Source: a virus. From it: a stretch of DNA of 64,000 bases. The stretch is from IMG/VR virus record IMGVR_UViG_3300010167_000004, positions 1-64,000 of that record. One strand, given 5' to 3'. How positions within the stretch are numbered: position 1 is the stretch's first letter; every line of letters begins with the position of its first letter. Positions 9,801 to 19,747 of the stretch are shown piece after piece. The notes under the pieces were generated by a model. That model saw only the letters and a program-made list of their open reading frames with translations. It searched no databases and was not told the origin of the DNA. Position numbers and translations under genes: made by a program.

Positions 9801-12800
9801 ATTTTTTAATCGGAATTGATTTCCGTCAAACTTTGCACCAACACATATACCACCATTAAACACATCATCAACAAAACATAATGACTGACCAGAAATAAAC
9901 GCACGCTTTTTCTGTGTCATAGCAGCACTTAACTCTGGCTTATCCCGAAGCGACACCCTCATTCCCTGCCGCATATTCATAGCATACGCTGGTATAGCAC
10001 CACCCGTAACCGTCCCATCGATCCCGACACACCCATAACCATTAAATACAAATGGACGAGATTTTAATACCAATGTCCATTGATGAACACCACGGTCATA
10101 TCTAATCCCAAGCAATACTGTGCCTTCATACAATGTCGATGTCACTTCAATGTTGTTCACAAAGAATGATGGAACAGGAGGCTGACCAATAAATGATAAT
10201 GTACTACTGGAAAATCCATTACGTTCAACTGTAGTAAACTTAAATGTTTTCTCATTCCATGTCGGACTAAACTGATTAGTAATTTGTTCTTCAAATAATA
10301 AATCAGTAGTCCGGGTAGATACATAACGTATTTTAATACCAGTATCAATCGGTTCAATTACATAAAGATATGGCAATTCCTCCACCGCACACGTAACACC
10401 ATATTTGAACCCATCAGATCTACTACCGAAAATTTCTTCCCTTGGGCGTGATTTTATTTGCTCCCAATAACCACCATCTTTAGACGATTTCGGTTTTCTT
10501 TCACCGTCTGTATCAATATAACTTAAATCAGTATTTCGTTCCAATAGAATTAAACTATCTGCGGTAAGTTGTAAGATATGATCCTGATCGATATACCAAA
10601 AGTTTTCTGTCGCCGCATCACTATCAAACTGCGTTGTCAATACTGCAAAATCATCTTTCGGCGATGACAGTGATAATGCCTTTTTATCACCTGTGCGGAG
10701 ATCATGCGCTAGGCATCGAATATAAGCCTCGCCATCGAACTCTACTGTCACACTAGAAGTTTTCGGCTCCCTTAATTCTTCCTCTTTGTCATACTCTGTA
10801 CGGGGCATGTATTCAAATTGAACATCAACATCTGTATCTGTTGCTATAAGCCCAATATATTTTATATCCTCACTCGCCCTCTGATATATCCCTTTCGGCA
10901 AAAAGGTAATAACGCCTTTATCAGAATCCCTAAATAGGAATCGTACAACACTCCCATTTTCAGAAACATTATAAGGACTCTTATTATATTCCTCGTCCAA
11001 CTGTAGCTGTAATTCCTCACTTGACTCATCATCCTCGTCTATTTCTGCATTACGAACATCGTCAATTAAATCTAATTCCTCGACACTGACAGGGTACTCA
11101 CCGACACTACGAACATAATCAGTGGTATTGCCAATTTCAATTTCATCACTCTCTTGCTTATAGGCATACACGCCATTCAATAACTGAATAATAAACTCAT
11201 CATCCCGGCTATCTTTGAACACCATATCCATTACATCTGGACTACCATTTGCAGAAATAAATTCATAATCACTTACCATTCCAGATGGCGGCAACATAAA
11301 CATTCTACGCAATTTAATAAATCGTTCTGTAGCATCACTCAACCCCGGCAGAATCCACCGTGCCGGACGCTCCACGCTCTCACGAGTAACTACTCCGATA
11401 TTACCCATTTGCATATCGAATGAATATCCACCAGCACGATACGTAACCTCGGTACGTCCCGGCCTACCTAATGTTGCCTGATTAATTGTTGTAAGATATG
11501 TAGCAATTTCAGATGGCGACACACCAGAGAAATTAAAGAACATGTCCTGTTCATGATCATCTAGTGCATATTGCACTGACTGACCGGGCAGCATTGGGAT
11601 TAACGTACCACCAGCATTAGTAAGCGTATTTAGGAAATCCCACGGTTGAAATACTGCTTCGACACCAACCTCCTGTACTCGTCCTAATGGTATCTGCATT
11701 ATATTTTTATTCGATGATCTAAACGCAATCTCATCAATATATAAAAACTTACGTGGAATAAAATCGAATGTAATACCAAGCTCTTGTCCTGATGATTTTT
11801 GTTGTCGCACTTGAGTAAAACTTACATTAATAATACCCCCAGTAAGATCTTCATTCATTTCTATATTTTTTAGCTCCATTAAAGAGCTTTCAGATGTGAC
11901 ATCTAATGACCAATCTCCACTCTCTACTTCATGGCATCTTAACGTAAACCCAACACTCTCATTCCCCTTGATAGCTAAATTTACAATAGCCTTATGCGCA
12001 TAAGACACTCCGTAAAATGGTATACCGCTACCCCAACTGATACTCGCCCAATGAGTAAATTGCACATTTTGCAAACCTTGTATTTTTTGAAGGCTTATTT
12101 GTTTATACACAGCAGTATCAAGCTCTATACCACTACCATAAGCAATAAATTGAGAGTTATTAGGATCTTGGATAGTCTCTGCCGCAGTACCTACTTGATT
12201 AAATAAATAATTAGGGCCACCCTCAAAAGAAACTCTATTCCCCCAATAAGATCCAGCATTATCAAGACCCCAACTGATTTGATCAGGACGATACCACATA
12301 TTTTCAGGATACTTAAATGTATAATCAAAACGTAATAACTTATCTTCTTCAATATAATTATTAGATGTAAAATAAGGCTCGTCATTATCATTCATTGTTT
12401 CAGAAAATATATCCTTAAATAAATCATCCACATTAAACCGAAAATTATACCAATGGTATAGATCGATACTCTGTAAATCTAAGCCCTCATTACCATAATC
12501 ATTCTCAAAGTATTTATAGAAACTACCCTCCCCAATATCCTCATAAATAAGACCACTATTCACAAAGTTTCTACTATCTTCTTCCTCCTCTATAAATCCA
12601 TCATTCTTACTATCATCGTCTACCCTCCAACAATCCCACGGAAGTGCCGCAGTAATAGTAATAACCGTGCTTGCTGTGGTAACGCCTGTCGCTGTTGCTA
12701 ATCGAGGAAACCATTGGGAACCTGACACAAATAAACCATTATCAGGAGGACTCCCCGGATCTAGCTGTTCACCATTTAGTACTAATCTAATTCTACCATA

Positions 12801-14990
12801 ATTAGTAATAGAATATGGATCTGTACGATTTATTGTAGCAGCCCTCACTCTACGTGTAAGATAACCAGTTTTAGGTGTTATAGTCACCCCATCATCTTCT
12901 ATTTTTTCCCACGTATAAGCACGCATCTGATAAATATATACATCGTCACCACTAACTTCTAACTTAAAATGAAAGTCAGGATCTATAGATCCATCATTCA
13001 CACTATCCATATTCTCAATAAGAGAACTCTTAAATATGAACTCTTTACCAGTTATCGGTTGAAAATCTGTAGGCCCTTGGGAACCACGTTGATATGAAGC
13101 TCCCGGCACAAATGCACATCTATTCCAAATAGCCGAATCTCCAGAACCCCACTGTATATCCGCCGTTGTACCTTTATAGTAGGGAAATATACCATTAAAG
13201 ATGACCGCCACTTCCCTATTCTTCATAGGATAAACGAAACCATCTTTTTCGTATGGAGGAGAGTCATCATCTGAAATAGAAGCCGTAGTAAATCTAAATG
13301 TATAATTTGGACAATAATATATAGGCCATAATGTTTTTGCAACAGAGGTAATACTTGTTTTCAAACAAATGCTATTTGTAGATTTAGGATAATAGCCACT
13401 CTCAAATGCACTTAATCTAACATCATCCCACCCCCAATGGAAATTATTACCAGATATACCTTGTTCTGGAACTAACATATCATCAAAAATCTTAACAACC
13501 TTCAAACTGTCTCGTCCGTATTTATCAATGTCTTTAATCTCGCATCGTGAATCAGAACGAACAGACATTCTGTAAGCTCTACCATTACTAAGATAATTTT
13601 GATTCCACGCATAAAATGGAGTATTTATACCAGAATCTTCATTCACAGCATTTTGAGTAATTACAACTTTTTGAATAAACCCATCAATCCCATTAAACGA
13701 TAAATTATCTAATGCAGTAACAATCATAAAAGATGATGAAAACTGACCCGATAAATGTAATACGCCATCCAAATATGGCTGATTATCTATAGTGGGCCAA
13801 TCTTGTCGTCCAGCTTCATAAGCACCTAACACTACACTCGGCTGTGGAAGGCTTAATGCTTTTGCACGATCAGTTAAAGCGGGGGTAACAGCTAATCTAT
13901 ACGGCCTTCGTGCTAAAGGATTAACCTGTGTAATTGCTTCTTTAACACTTACCATTAAATCTACTTGTGTAGATGACGGATTCTGCACAGTAATTTCAAC
14001 AGACTCATTTACTGTATCCACAACATCTGGATTAACTACATAGCCCAAAGGATCTAAACCTAAATGATTACTTAGTATAGGATCAGTATGATCATCTTGT
14101 AATTGTATATTACTTTCGCCATCTGCAAAAGTCAATGTAGTAATACCATTCTCTTTCTCTACTCTTGAAATACTTAAATCATTCGCAACATTATGCTCAA
14201 TCAATAATGGATATACCATTACTAAATTATCTTCATCTTTTAATTTCCGAAGCACCGTAGCCGTAATAACATCTTGCCCAAAATCCATGAAAGCTTCATA
14301 ATCATTAGGAACATATGCGGGCCAGCTATCATTCCCATCTTCTTGATATTCCTCCATCAACCGAGTATATGGATCTACTAACAAACGGAACATATAATCT
14401 TGAGGATTATCAGGATTTATAGTAGTATTGCCCCATTTATATGTACTGCCCGTAATAATATATTTCTCATACATCTCCCCCGGTACAGGGTTTTCAGATG
14501 GGTAATATGTACTCGCCGTTGGAGCCAATACATCTACAAGATTTGTAGAATCAGGCAATCGTTCAACCATAGGATCAACTACATCACCTACTTTAGTCTG
14601 ATCCTCTAATATATCACCAAAACCAGCAGTAAATTCAAGATTCTTTAAGTACTGCGTCCACGGAAACGACACATGCAGAGCGTATGGTACATCCTCATAG
14701 AACCAAAAATTGCGTATAATCTCATCTTCCAAGATCTGCGGTTGCGGAAATGGATCTAATTCATCAGAATTATACTTAATTACATGTGTATATAACACTC
14801 GATAATCATATCTATACCAATCAGCAAAGATTCCATCACCTTCATATTTAATTGAATTAGAAAGAAACCCACTGACAGGAGCTTGTGGATTATATGAAAA
14901 GGTTGGACGCTGTACGTTGACAATCGCATCTTCTAATGATGGTTCAAGAGGAGAATTTATCGGTATGTCATATACATCTGCATTATCCAT
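6825..14990 (-). CDS. giant virion-module protein (2721 aa), function unassigned
   Basis: Uninterrupted 8.2-kb ORF with SD GGAAGG. Its start overlaps the stop of the putative portal gene. There is a central hydrophobic/Gly-rich segment. No catalytic motif recognised. Confidence 0.9.
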   Translation of the reverse strand: MDNADVYDIPINSPLEPSLEDAIVNVQRPTFSYNPQAPVSGFLSNSIKYEGDGIFADWYRYDYRVLYTHVIKYNSDELDPFPQPQILEDEIIRNFWFYEDVPYALHVSFPWTQYLKNLEFTAGFGDILEDQTKVGDVVDPMVERLPDSTNLVDVLAPTASTYYPSENPVPGEMYEKYIITGSTYKWGNTTINPDNPQDYMFRLLVDPYTRLMEEYQEDGNDSWPAYVPNDYEAFMDFGQDVITATVLRKLKDEDNLVMVYPLLIEHNVANDLSISRVEKENGITTLTFADGESNIQLQDDHTDPILSNHLGLDPLGYVVNPDVVDTVNESVEITVQNPSSTQVDLMVSVKEAITQVNPLARRPYRLAVTPALTDRAKALSLPQPSVVLGAYEAGRQDWPTIDNQPYLDGVLHLSGQFSSSFMIVTALDNLSFNGIDGFIQKVVITQNAVNEDSGINTPFYAWNQNYLSNGRAYRMSVRSDSRCEIKDIDKYGRDSLKVVKIFDDMLVPEQGISGNNFHWGWDDVRLSAFESGYYPKSTNSICLKTSITSVAKTLWPIYYCPNYTFRFTTASISDDDSPPYEKDGFVYPMKNREVAVIFNGIFPYYKGTTADIQWGSGDSAIWNRCAFVPGASYQRGSQGPTDFQPITGKEFIFKSSLIENMDSVNDGSIDPDFHFKLEVSGDDVYIYQMRAYTWEKIEDDGVTITPKTGYLTRRVRAATINRTDPYSITNYGRIRLVLNGEQLDPGSPPDNGLFVSGSQWFPRLATATGVTTASTVITITAALPWDCWRVDDDSKNDGFIEEEEDSRNFVNSGLIYEDIGEGSFYKYFENDYGNEGLDLQSIDLYHWYNFRFNVDDLFKDIFSETMNDNDEPYFTSNNYIEEDKLLRFDYTFKYPENMWYRPDQISWGLDNAGSYWGNRVSFEGGPNYLFNQVGTAAETIQDPNNSQFIAYGSGIELDTAVYKQISLQKIQGLQNVQFTHWASISWGSGIPFYGVSYAHKAIVNLAIKGNESVGFTLRCHEVESGDWSLDVTSESSLMELKNIEMNEDLTGGIINVSFTQVRQQKSSGQELGITFDFIPRKFLYIDEIAFRSSNKNIMQIPLGRVQEVGVEAVFQPWDFLNTLTNAGGTLIPMLPGQSVQYALDDHEQDMFFNFSGVSPSEIATYLTTINQATLGRPGRTEVTYRAGGYSFDMQMGNIGVVTRESVERPARWILPGLSDATERFIKLRRMFMLPPSGMVSDYEFISANGSPDVMDMVFKDSRDDEFIIQLLNGVYAYKQESDEIEIGNTTDYVRSVGEYPVSVEELDLIDDVRNAEIDEDDESSEELQLQLDEEYNKSPYNVSENGSVVRFLFRDSDKGVITFLPKGIYQRASEDIKYIGLIATDTDVDVQFEYMPRTEYDKEEELREPKTSSVTVEFDGEAYIRCLAHDLRTGDKKALSLSSPKDDFAVLTTQFDSDAATENFWYIDQDHILQLTADSLILLERNTDLSYIDTDGERKPKSSKDGGYWEQIKSRPREEIFGSRSDGFKYGVTCAVEELPYLYVIEPIDTGIKIRYVSTRTTDLLFEEQITNQFSPTWNEKTFKFTTVERNGFSSSTLSFIGQPPVPSFFVNNIEVTSTLYEGTVLLGIRYDRGVHQWTLVLKSRPFVFNGYGCVGIDGTVTGGAIPAYAMNMRQGMRVSLRDKPELSAAMTQKKRAFISGQSLCFVDDVFNGGICVGAKFDGNQFRLKNLPLRFSRYKASESAKGSGIDTRVKGEFIFPNPLVVFLATAWVWARTTSAAVLNYWSVNMMTEDEDYYEDEQKAERVAGMINNTLYRVALALMANTATATSIAADKLGNVMDRIVNDSSSNRKDRWNGVREGETQEEKSQRRKDAWKKVWQEPEWDSQEEKESAKLGRISMNRKYYRDKIAEGIMAMFNASNSGMHSQPRALSVAKSRLGLSGVYSISANQNVFAGPGFTQIQFVQGSRISGSYSNSHGAQGGGSQLGIRIPPIPIPFVGPLDINNTGLVGVQPVQGVNTFDVKMEYQPNVNVGSKHMVYSYPTQDIHSHIINQTELMPVTQPEMVELYKDEGFPITRNYEKRILKFATQTKRTEFYDNCSLVQGVDSFFAEDSLLDLPVKIDTGYPVFSEPGLFDFCVYPSAQLFYSAIAGEIFGVSVRDTLILDGAPSNVVIKNEVPLVASTYTCVEVTNEISNDTLFPRVFSGDTVLFNTTGYNTIKKLGTYHGFDGYTNRIAKLTGEVGVDAEVQNSVFSHVAQDAFKTAALPPPTSYFGKFTAVPELDTYLHKVQIYSRYLGNMGRSPENLQGYRYSIPIVHNNVAILPAAVQGIATYKAHVIDGITSLTTDLRTTNPRAKKPIAHDFVIYGQAYRANAEYISRVNASMGTISLQDVVATLGLTYLGSTPKIAWFYSPTIHAFYTFTGSDTLEKVNTAFRFKDVVSGTWDFVSQEVAFRTIMENRLTIIRVDQDFIGQVYPPNKNVMSLPYINSNNDKISADFKYYGLASGLALQGPRRGQINRFVLQENMFREGEHPLDGPNDGIPMNERTGKFFTHWFKPENNKLNDFWEERDYDWGNSRVNPINGYYIEPFKLATSFLGVDENKECQFEWEISFALTDLMKKILRDRYVTVNLASELQTVGGFKQSEVTRLYLKEDLFDRRSGSSGYYNFRFNGRNGAGNSEKLFIWSDGIVSIRQLKVHVSVISEARTAPLVTRPDVQNIEEM

Positions 14991-16741
14991 TACATACCTT
15001 CCACAATCGGGGCTTCCTCACCTCCACCTTCTTCTGGCGGCGGCAATGATTCCATCGGAGGCAACTCCCCCTCTGCCATAGCTGGCTGCGCCAACATTAT
15101 ATTACCTAATTTCATATCCTCAACATACAACATCATCAGGAAATCAATAAGCCGCTTCACTTCTGCACAATCTTCGGAGCCGCCAACAGACATTATCTGC
15201 ACCAATCTCAATGAAGCAACCTGACGGAGTAAATTCGGCTCGATAGTAAAGTTTAGATCACAATAACATGCCTCTCCCATCAACACACCAGCAACAAACC
15301 GCTCCACTTGCACCCGTTGATAGTTTAATTCCTCTGGTTCTGCCCCTGCGCCACCAGTAGCGTCATTATCATGGACAGGAAGTACATCAATGTATGCCTC
15401 ATCAATCAATTTATGCACTTTCTCCCATCCACTCCCCTCATCTATCACCGCTTTATACTGAATATAGTATAAAATCACCTCTTGTATATGATGAGCGAGC
15501 GAAGCCAACTGACTTTGGAACCCGGAGTCATTATATTGGTTCAAAGCAACCATCTGCGCCGCAGATCTCATGCTTTCTAGCTCCAAAGATATGTTCTGTA
15601 CCCCTGCCAACTCAAACATTTGACCCTTTAATGCCTCAACTTCCGCACTTAACTGCGGATCTAACGGTGTTGGCTGCAATACAGTCATCAATTCTGCGGG
15701 ATCTCGCACCGTATCAAGGAATAAACACTCCCCTGCGGCGTTCCCAATCTGCTTTACAACCACCTCTGACTCACGATTAAACACTGGAACCGGGCCTTTA
15801 TAGTTGACTAATAACTGTGTTTTCTTCGCTAAAAGCTTGTTTAATGCCCGTTGTAAGGGGTATAATAAGTCAAAGAGTGACGATACAGTGGTCTTTCTGA
15901 CCCCTAAATCCCACGAAAATGACGATAAAAGCACATGATCAAACGGATAATCGGTCTCCGGCCCCATATCTGACCCTATCGCAACGTACTTTTTATGCCT
16001 AAAACAGTCAATATACAGCCTCAAATCCACTCTTTGCTTCGTATTACCAAGGTTTTTAACCTTCTCGTCATTAAAACCATGTATGTACGGCCCTAATGCG
16101 CTCACTGGAAACGACCAATCACGTATCAAAACACGTTTTAGCTTGCCGTCTGCGAACTCTGACTCATATACACCCAACTCCCAATCGGTTATTTTGCGTA
16201 TTTCATGCGACCACGGGTCGATAAACACATGTGAGAACCCTAAAATAGCCGCATCATGGAATGATTCAACCGCAATTCTATTCAATTTATGCTTTCTAAC
16301 CGTTGCTTTCAACACTCTTTCTATCTCATCACGATAAATTAGGTACAAAGCTGTCGGAACATCAGCAGTTAACTTATAATCGAAGGTAGTATTACCTACT
16401 CTTGACACAACCAAATCAATAATCCCCTTCAAATAGTTAGATGACAGCCCGGTTCCTGTATCTGTACGCTCTTGATCCTGTAATGTGAATGGTACAGTGT
16501 TATATGATGATCTTGACCAGTCATAATCTTTCAATGATGGAAACAATTTATTATAAAATGCACATATTTTTAGATATTCCTTCGTATATTTATCTTCAAT
16601 CAACGATGTTAGGCGATAGAAGTCTGATCTAATGCCTTCTGGAACCATCATTGACTCATAATGATCCTCTTGACGCACAGGATATTGTGTCGGTTGATAA
16701 AAACCTGTGATTTTATTCTTCTCAAAATTAATTTTAGCCAT
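14990..16741 (-). CDS. putative portal protein (assigned by size and position only)
   Basis: 583-aa ORF downstream of terL in the head module, with SD AGGTGG and an acidic Pro/Gly/Glu C-terminal tail. No diagnostic motif recognised. Confidence 0.4.
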   Translation of the reverse strand: MAKINFEKNKITGFYQPTQYPVRQEDHYESMMVPEGIRSDFYRLTSLIEDKYTKEYLKICAFYNKLFPSLKDYDWSRSSYNTVPFTLQDQERTDTGTGLSSNYLKGIIDLVVSRVGNTTFDYKLTADVPTALYLIYRDEIERVLKATVRKHKLNRIAVESFHDAAILGFSHVFIDPWSHEIRKITDWELGVYESEFADGKLKRVLIRDWSFPVSALGPYIHGFNDEKVKNLGNTKQRVDLRLYIDCFRHKKYVAIGSDMGPETDYPFDHVLLSSFSWDLGVRKTTVSSLFDLLYPLQRALNKLLAKKTQLLVNYKGPVPVFNRESEVVVKQIGNAAGECLFLDTVRDPAELMTVLQPTPLDPQLSAEVEALKGQMFELAGVQNISLELESMRSAAQMVALNQYNDSGFQSQLASLAHHIQEVILYYIQYKAVIDEGSGWEKVHKLIDEAYIDVLPVHDNDATGGAGAEPEELNYQRVQVERFVAGVLMGEACYCDLNFTIEPNLLRQVASLRLVQIMSVGGSEDCAEVKRLIDFLMMLYVEDMKLGNIMLAQPAMAEGELPPMESLPPPEEGGGEEAPIVEGM

Positions 16742-17822
16742 TACGCACCACCTGACTCACACCTTTTGAATGAGGCGTCAATGTCTGATTGATAACTTTC
16801 ATATCTTCATCGCTCACTCCACCAATTTTAGCATTACTCATAAACTTTTTCTTATTTTCTTTAAGCAAAGCTGGCATAGCCTCAAGTGTACGATCTCTTA
16901 CATCTCGTTGAATAACTTTAGTAGGAGAATACTCATCCAAAAATGCCTCTAAATAAGCTTCTAACCTCTCTGGTTCAATACTCCTCAAAGCATCTTCAAC
17001 TAATAATTTTTCCCGTATCTCATTATATACTGAATACTGTGGGCCTCGCCTAAGCAACTCACGTATTTGACTTCTTTTACGTTGCTGTTTAGTTGCCTCA
17101 TCTAACAACTCTACAGGAGCGTCATAAAGGCTCACCGAACTAGGATCTCTATCTTTTACATGAGCCTTCATTTCTTCTCTCTGACTCTCTGGTATATGCG
17201 CTCTCCGCATAATGCTATCTTCAACTTCTTTCTTAGTAACATTTACATTATTATTTTCTGCCCAATCATATACTGCTGCAATAGCCTTCCAATAATTCTC
17301 ATTAGACGAATTACTTAAGCTATGTAATTTCCGCATCATATCCAACTTTTCTTTAGGTACATTTCCTCTATATGTACGCTTAGATCTATCAGATATTTTC
17401 TGTTTTAATCTATCCTGACCTTCAAACGGATCAATAGATTCTTCTTGTGGTTCCATCTCATTAAGATACACATGCCAATCACCAGCAAGACCTTCATCAT
17501 CCGTCCGTTTACCTAATACCTTATGAATCCTAACAGGATAGCGTTTAGTATCCCTACTATTACCCGTAAGATAATCCCATAACTCTGACTGACTTTCAGG
17601 ATCTATCTTCGCAGCAGAAAACCCCGGCTGACTTCCAAAACTACTTGACTCTAAATGAAAATCTCCGGGACGCTCTGCGTCAAACTGCTCTCGCTGACCT
17701 ACCCTAGATATTTGCCGCTCTCGCTCTCTTGTAGATCTAGCTGGAGTAAAGAATGGGATTAGTACTTTCTCACCAGTAGGAGTTTCTTTTACACGAAACC
17801 CTTTGACAAAACTATCCATCAC
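16734..17822 (-). CDS. hypothetical head-module protein
   Basis: 362-aa ORF with SD AAGGAA, charged and helical. It overlaps the next gene by 8 nt. Confidence 0.75.
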   Translation of the reverse strand: MMDSFVKGFRVKETPTGEKVLIPFFTPARSTRERERQISRVGQREQFDAERPGDFHLESSSFGSQPGFSAAKIDPESQSELWDYLTGNSRDTKRYPVRIHKVLGKRTDDEGLAGDWHVYLNEMEPQEESIDPFEGQDRLKQKISDRSKRTYRGNVPKEKLDMMRKLHSLSNSSNENYWKAIAAVYDWAENNNVNVTKKEVEDSIMRRAHIPESQREEMKAHVKDRDPSSVSLYDAPVELLDEATKQQRKRSQIRELLRRGPQYSVYNEIREKLLVEDALRSIEPERLEAYLEAFLDEYSPTKVIQRDVRDRTLEAMPALLKENKKKFMSNAKIGGVSDEDMKVINQTLTPHSKGVSQVVRNG

Positions 17823-18061
17823 ATTTCCTTATGACCATTCTTTAACTTATCAGCCAACAACGGCCCACCACCAGCAATAATACCCTGCGTACCTACGAGA
17901 GCGGTAAGCAATGGTAACGCTTGTAACCATAAGCCTAATCGGACTGTCTCCGCTAAAGGTACAGCAACCATTGTATATCCAATAATTGCCGCAACCTCTA
18001 TCACCCATGCTATCTGTAATAAGCGTAAAGAAAATGCTTTTTTCTTCTTCACCTCATCCAT
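17819..18061 (-). CDS. small membrane protein (2-3 TM segments)
   Basis: 80 aa with hydrophobic runs LLQIAWVIEVAAIIGYTMVAV and LWLQALPLLTALVGTQGIIAGG. SD GAAGGA. Confidence 0.7.
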   Translation of the reverse strand: MDEVKKKKAFSLRLLQIAWVIEVAAIIGYTMVAVPLAETVRLGLWLQALPLLTALVGTQGIIAGGGPLLADKLKNGHKEM

Positions 18062-18681
18062 TACTTCAAATCCTTCAACAGCACATTACCTTTAACCAAA
18101 AAACCAACACCAAACGCCCACAATGCAATAGCCTCACCAAAATAAATACACGGTGAAAAACCAAAGATCCTAGCACCGCCGAAACCAGCAATCAATCCCG
18201 CAATCATCGTAATACCACATACCTTATATATTTTATTACGCAATGCCTTACGTGACCCCTTCTCAATGTCTTTCGCCGACTTCGTAAACTGAAACAACAT
18301 CATCCAACTAATACCCGCAAAAAACATAATCGCACCAGTCAGATGCAACACATTAGTAATATACATTGGTAACTGCAAAAAGTTATGCACGGTTGAACCA
18401 TAACTCACTGGAAACAAGGAAAGCACGAGGCCACCAACGCCAGCGATTTTAGATATACGGGCATCCGTCAAATCATATCCCTGATAGAATATCAGGAACA
18501 CGCTTGCCGCACCCATCAACATCATAAATATCGCCACTGAATTCATGTAGTACGTTGCGGAAATTGACGGCAGAAAAAATCCATGCCCTCCAAATACCCC
18601 GGCACTAATCCAGATAGCAATAGGCAGTATTGCACCCATAATGCCAATAAACTGACGCTGGCGTAACATATCCTTATCCAT
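18061..18681 (-). CDS. polytopic membrane protein (~6 TM segments)
   Basis: 206 aa with six hydrophobic stretches. SD AGGGGT. Confidence 0.75.
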   Translation of the reverse strand: MDKDMLRQRQFIGIMGAILPIAIWISAGVFGGHGFFLPSISATYYMNSVAIFMMLMGAASVFLIFYQGYDLTDARISKIAGVGGLVLSLFPVSYGSTVHNFLQLPMYITNVLHLTGAIMFFAGISWMMLFQFTKSAKDIEKGSRKALRNKIYKVCGITMIAGLIAGFGGARIFGFSPCIYFGEAIALWAFGVGFLVKGNVLLKDLK

Positions 18682-18690
18682 ATATTACCC

Positions 18691-18939
18691 CTAAAGTTTT
18701 TCCGTAGCCAATACGAAGTTTGCTACAAGGCTCCACAACTCACCTTCATACTTCTTGAATCCCTCAAACGGTGTACCAAGGCCAGTATCCTTCGTCACGC
18801 CAAGAATGATTTCTTTCATCCGGTCGTAACTATTATCAGCCAACTGTTGCAACTCGGTTGACGTAAGAGGAGCCACGACCCCCCGACCATGCTCATCAAA
18901 CGGCGCAATCTCTTTTACTGTAGGATCATAATAAAACAT
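18691..18939 (-). CDS. hypothetical protein
   Basis: 82-aa ORF with SD AGGAGG. Confidence 0.7.
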   Translation of the reverse strand: MFYYDPTVKEIAPFDEHGRGVVAPLTSTELQQLADNSYDRMKEIILGVTKDTGLGTPFEGFKKYEGELWSLVANFVLATEKL

Positions 18940-18957
18940 AATTTCCTCCTATGTTAT

Positions 18958-19323
18958 TTATAATACACCTTGGACTTCCGCAGCATCCAGCAACGCTTCC
19001 AAGGTCACATTCCCTGCTAATACATCTAACTGTTGATCCTTATTACTAATATCCTGTGTAATAGGTATATCACAAGTAATCAACAACTCTTGACCGTTCT
19101 TGTTTCTCAACAAGACCTGACAATTATTCTTTTTGAAATAAACGGCTTTATTCAATAAAGCAACAAGAAACTCTACTGACCATTCCTGTTCCTTTAATAA
19201 ATCCAACGCCTTGTGTATCTTAGCACGCTCGTTCTGAACATTGACTAACTGCTTATACACCTCGTCATTCTTTATCTCATCAAGGCTTTGTTTAATAGAT
19301 CGTATGTCCGATAAGATCCCCAT
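18958..19323 (-). CDS. hypothetical protein
   Basis: 121-aa ORF with SD GGGGAT. Confidence 0.7.
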   Translation of the reverse strand: MGILSDIRSIKQSLDEIKNDEVYKQLVNVQNERAKIHKALDLLKEQEWSVEFLVALLNKAVYFKKNNCQVLLRNKNGQELLITCDIPITQDISNKDQQLDVLAGNVTLEALLDAAEVQGVL

Positions 19324-19324
19324 A

Positions 19325-19747
19325 TTACTTTATCCCCAATATAGAGGCTGCATATTTTTCCATGTCGATGCCATCATCTTTTTTAACTGGTTTCTTTTCT
19401 GCTGACTTCCCTGCAAATAGCTTACCAAGCGCACTCAACGCTTCCTCAAAATCAGCCACGTCACTATCTGACTTCAACCCTTCTTTCTTCATCCGAAGTA
19501 TCTCTGTACGTAACGGATTTGTAGACTGATCAAAATCAAAGACAATGGCATCATCTTTTTCTTCTTCGGTCTCTACATCTTCCTCATTACCACTCACCAA
19601 ATCAGGTTTATCACCCAACGCCTCAACCGCACTCATATCTGACTTAGGCATTGAGTCACCTTCCGTTTCTACAACAACATCAGGTGCTTTTTCTTCATCA
19701 TCTAAACCCTTAGTGAGAATAGCCATAGTTTCGTCATTACTCCTCAT
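19325..19747 (-). CDS. acidic protein (scaffold-like composition)
   Basis: The ORF reaches 19771, but AAGGAG sits 6 nt upstream of the ATG at 19747. D/E-rich. Confidence 0.65.
   Translation of the reverse strand: MRSNDETMAILTKGLDDEEKAPDVVVETEGDSMPKSDMSAVEALGDKPDLVSGNEEDVETEEEKDDAIVFDFDQSTNPLRTEILRMKKEGLKSDSDVADFEEALSALGKLFAGKSAEKKPVKKDDGIDMEKYAASILGIK

Noticed and set aside
6825-14990. Calling the 2721-aa protein a virion RNA polymerase (N4-like or crAss-like)
   Set aside because: I found no DxDGD or NADFDGD-type motif. The only D-x-D-x-D (ATDTDVDV) has no supporting context. Both early and late genes carry host sigma70/sigmaA-type promoters. This remains a hypothesis to test, not a call.
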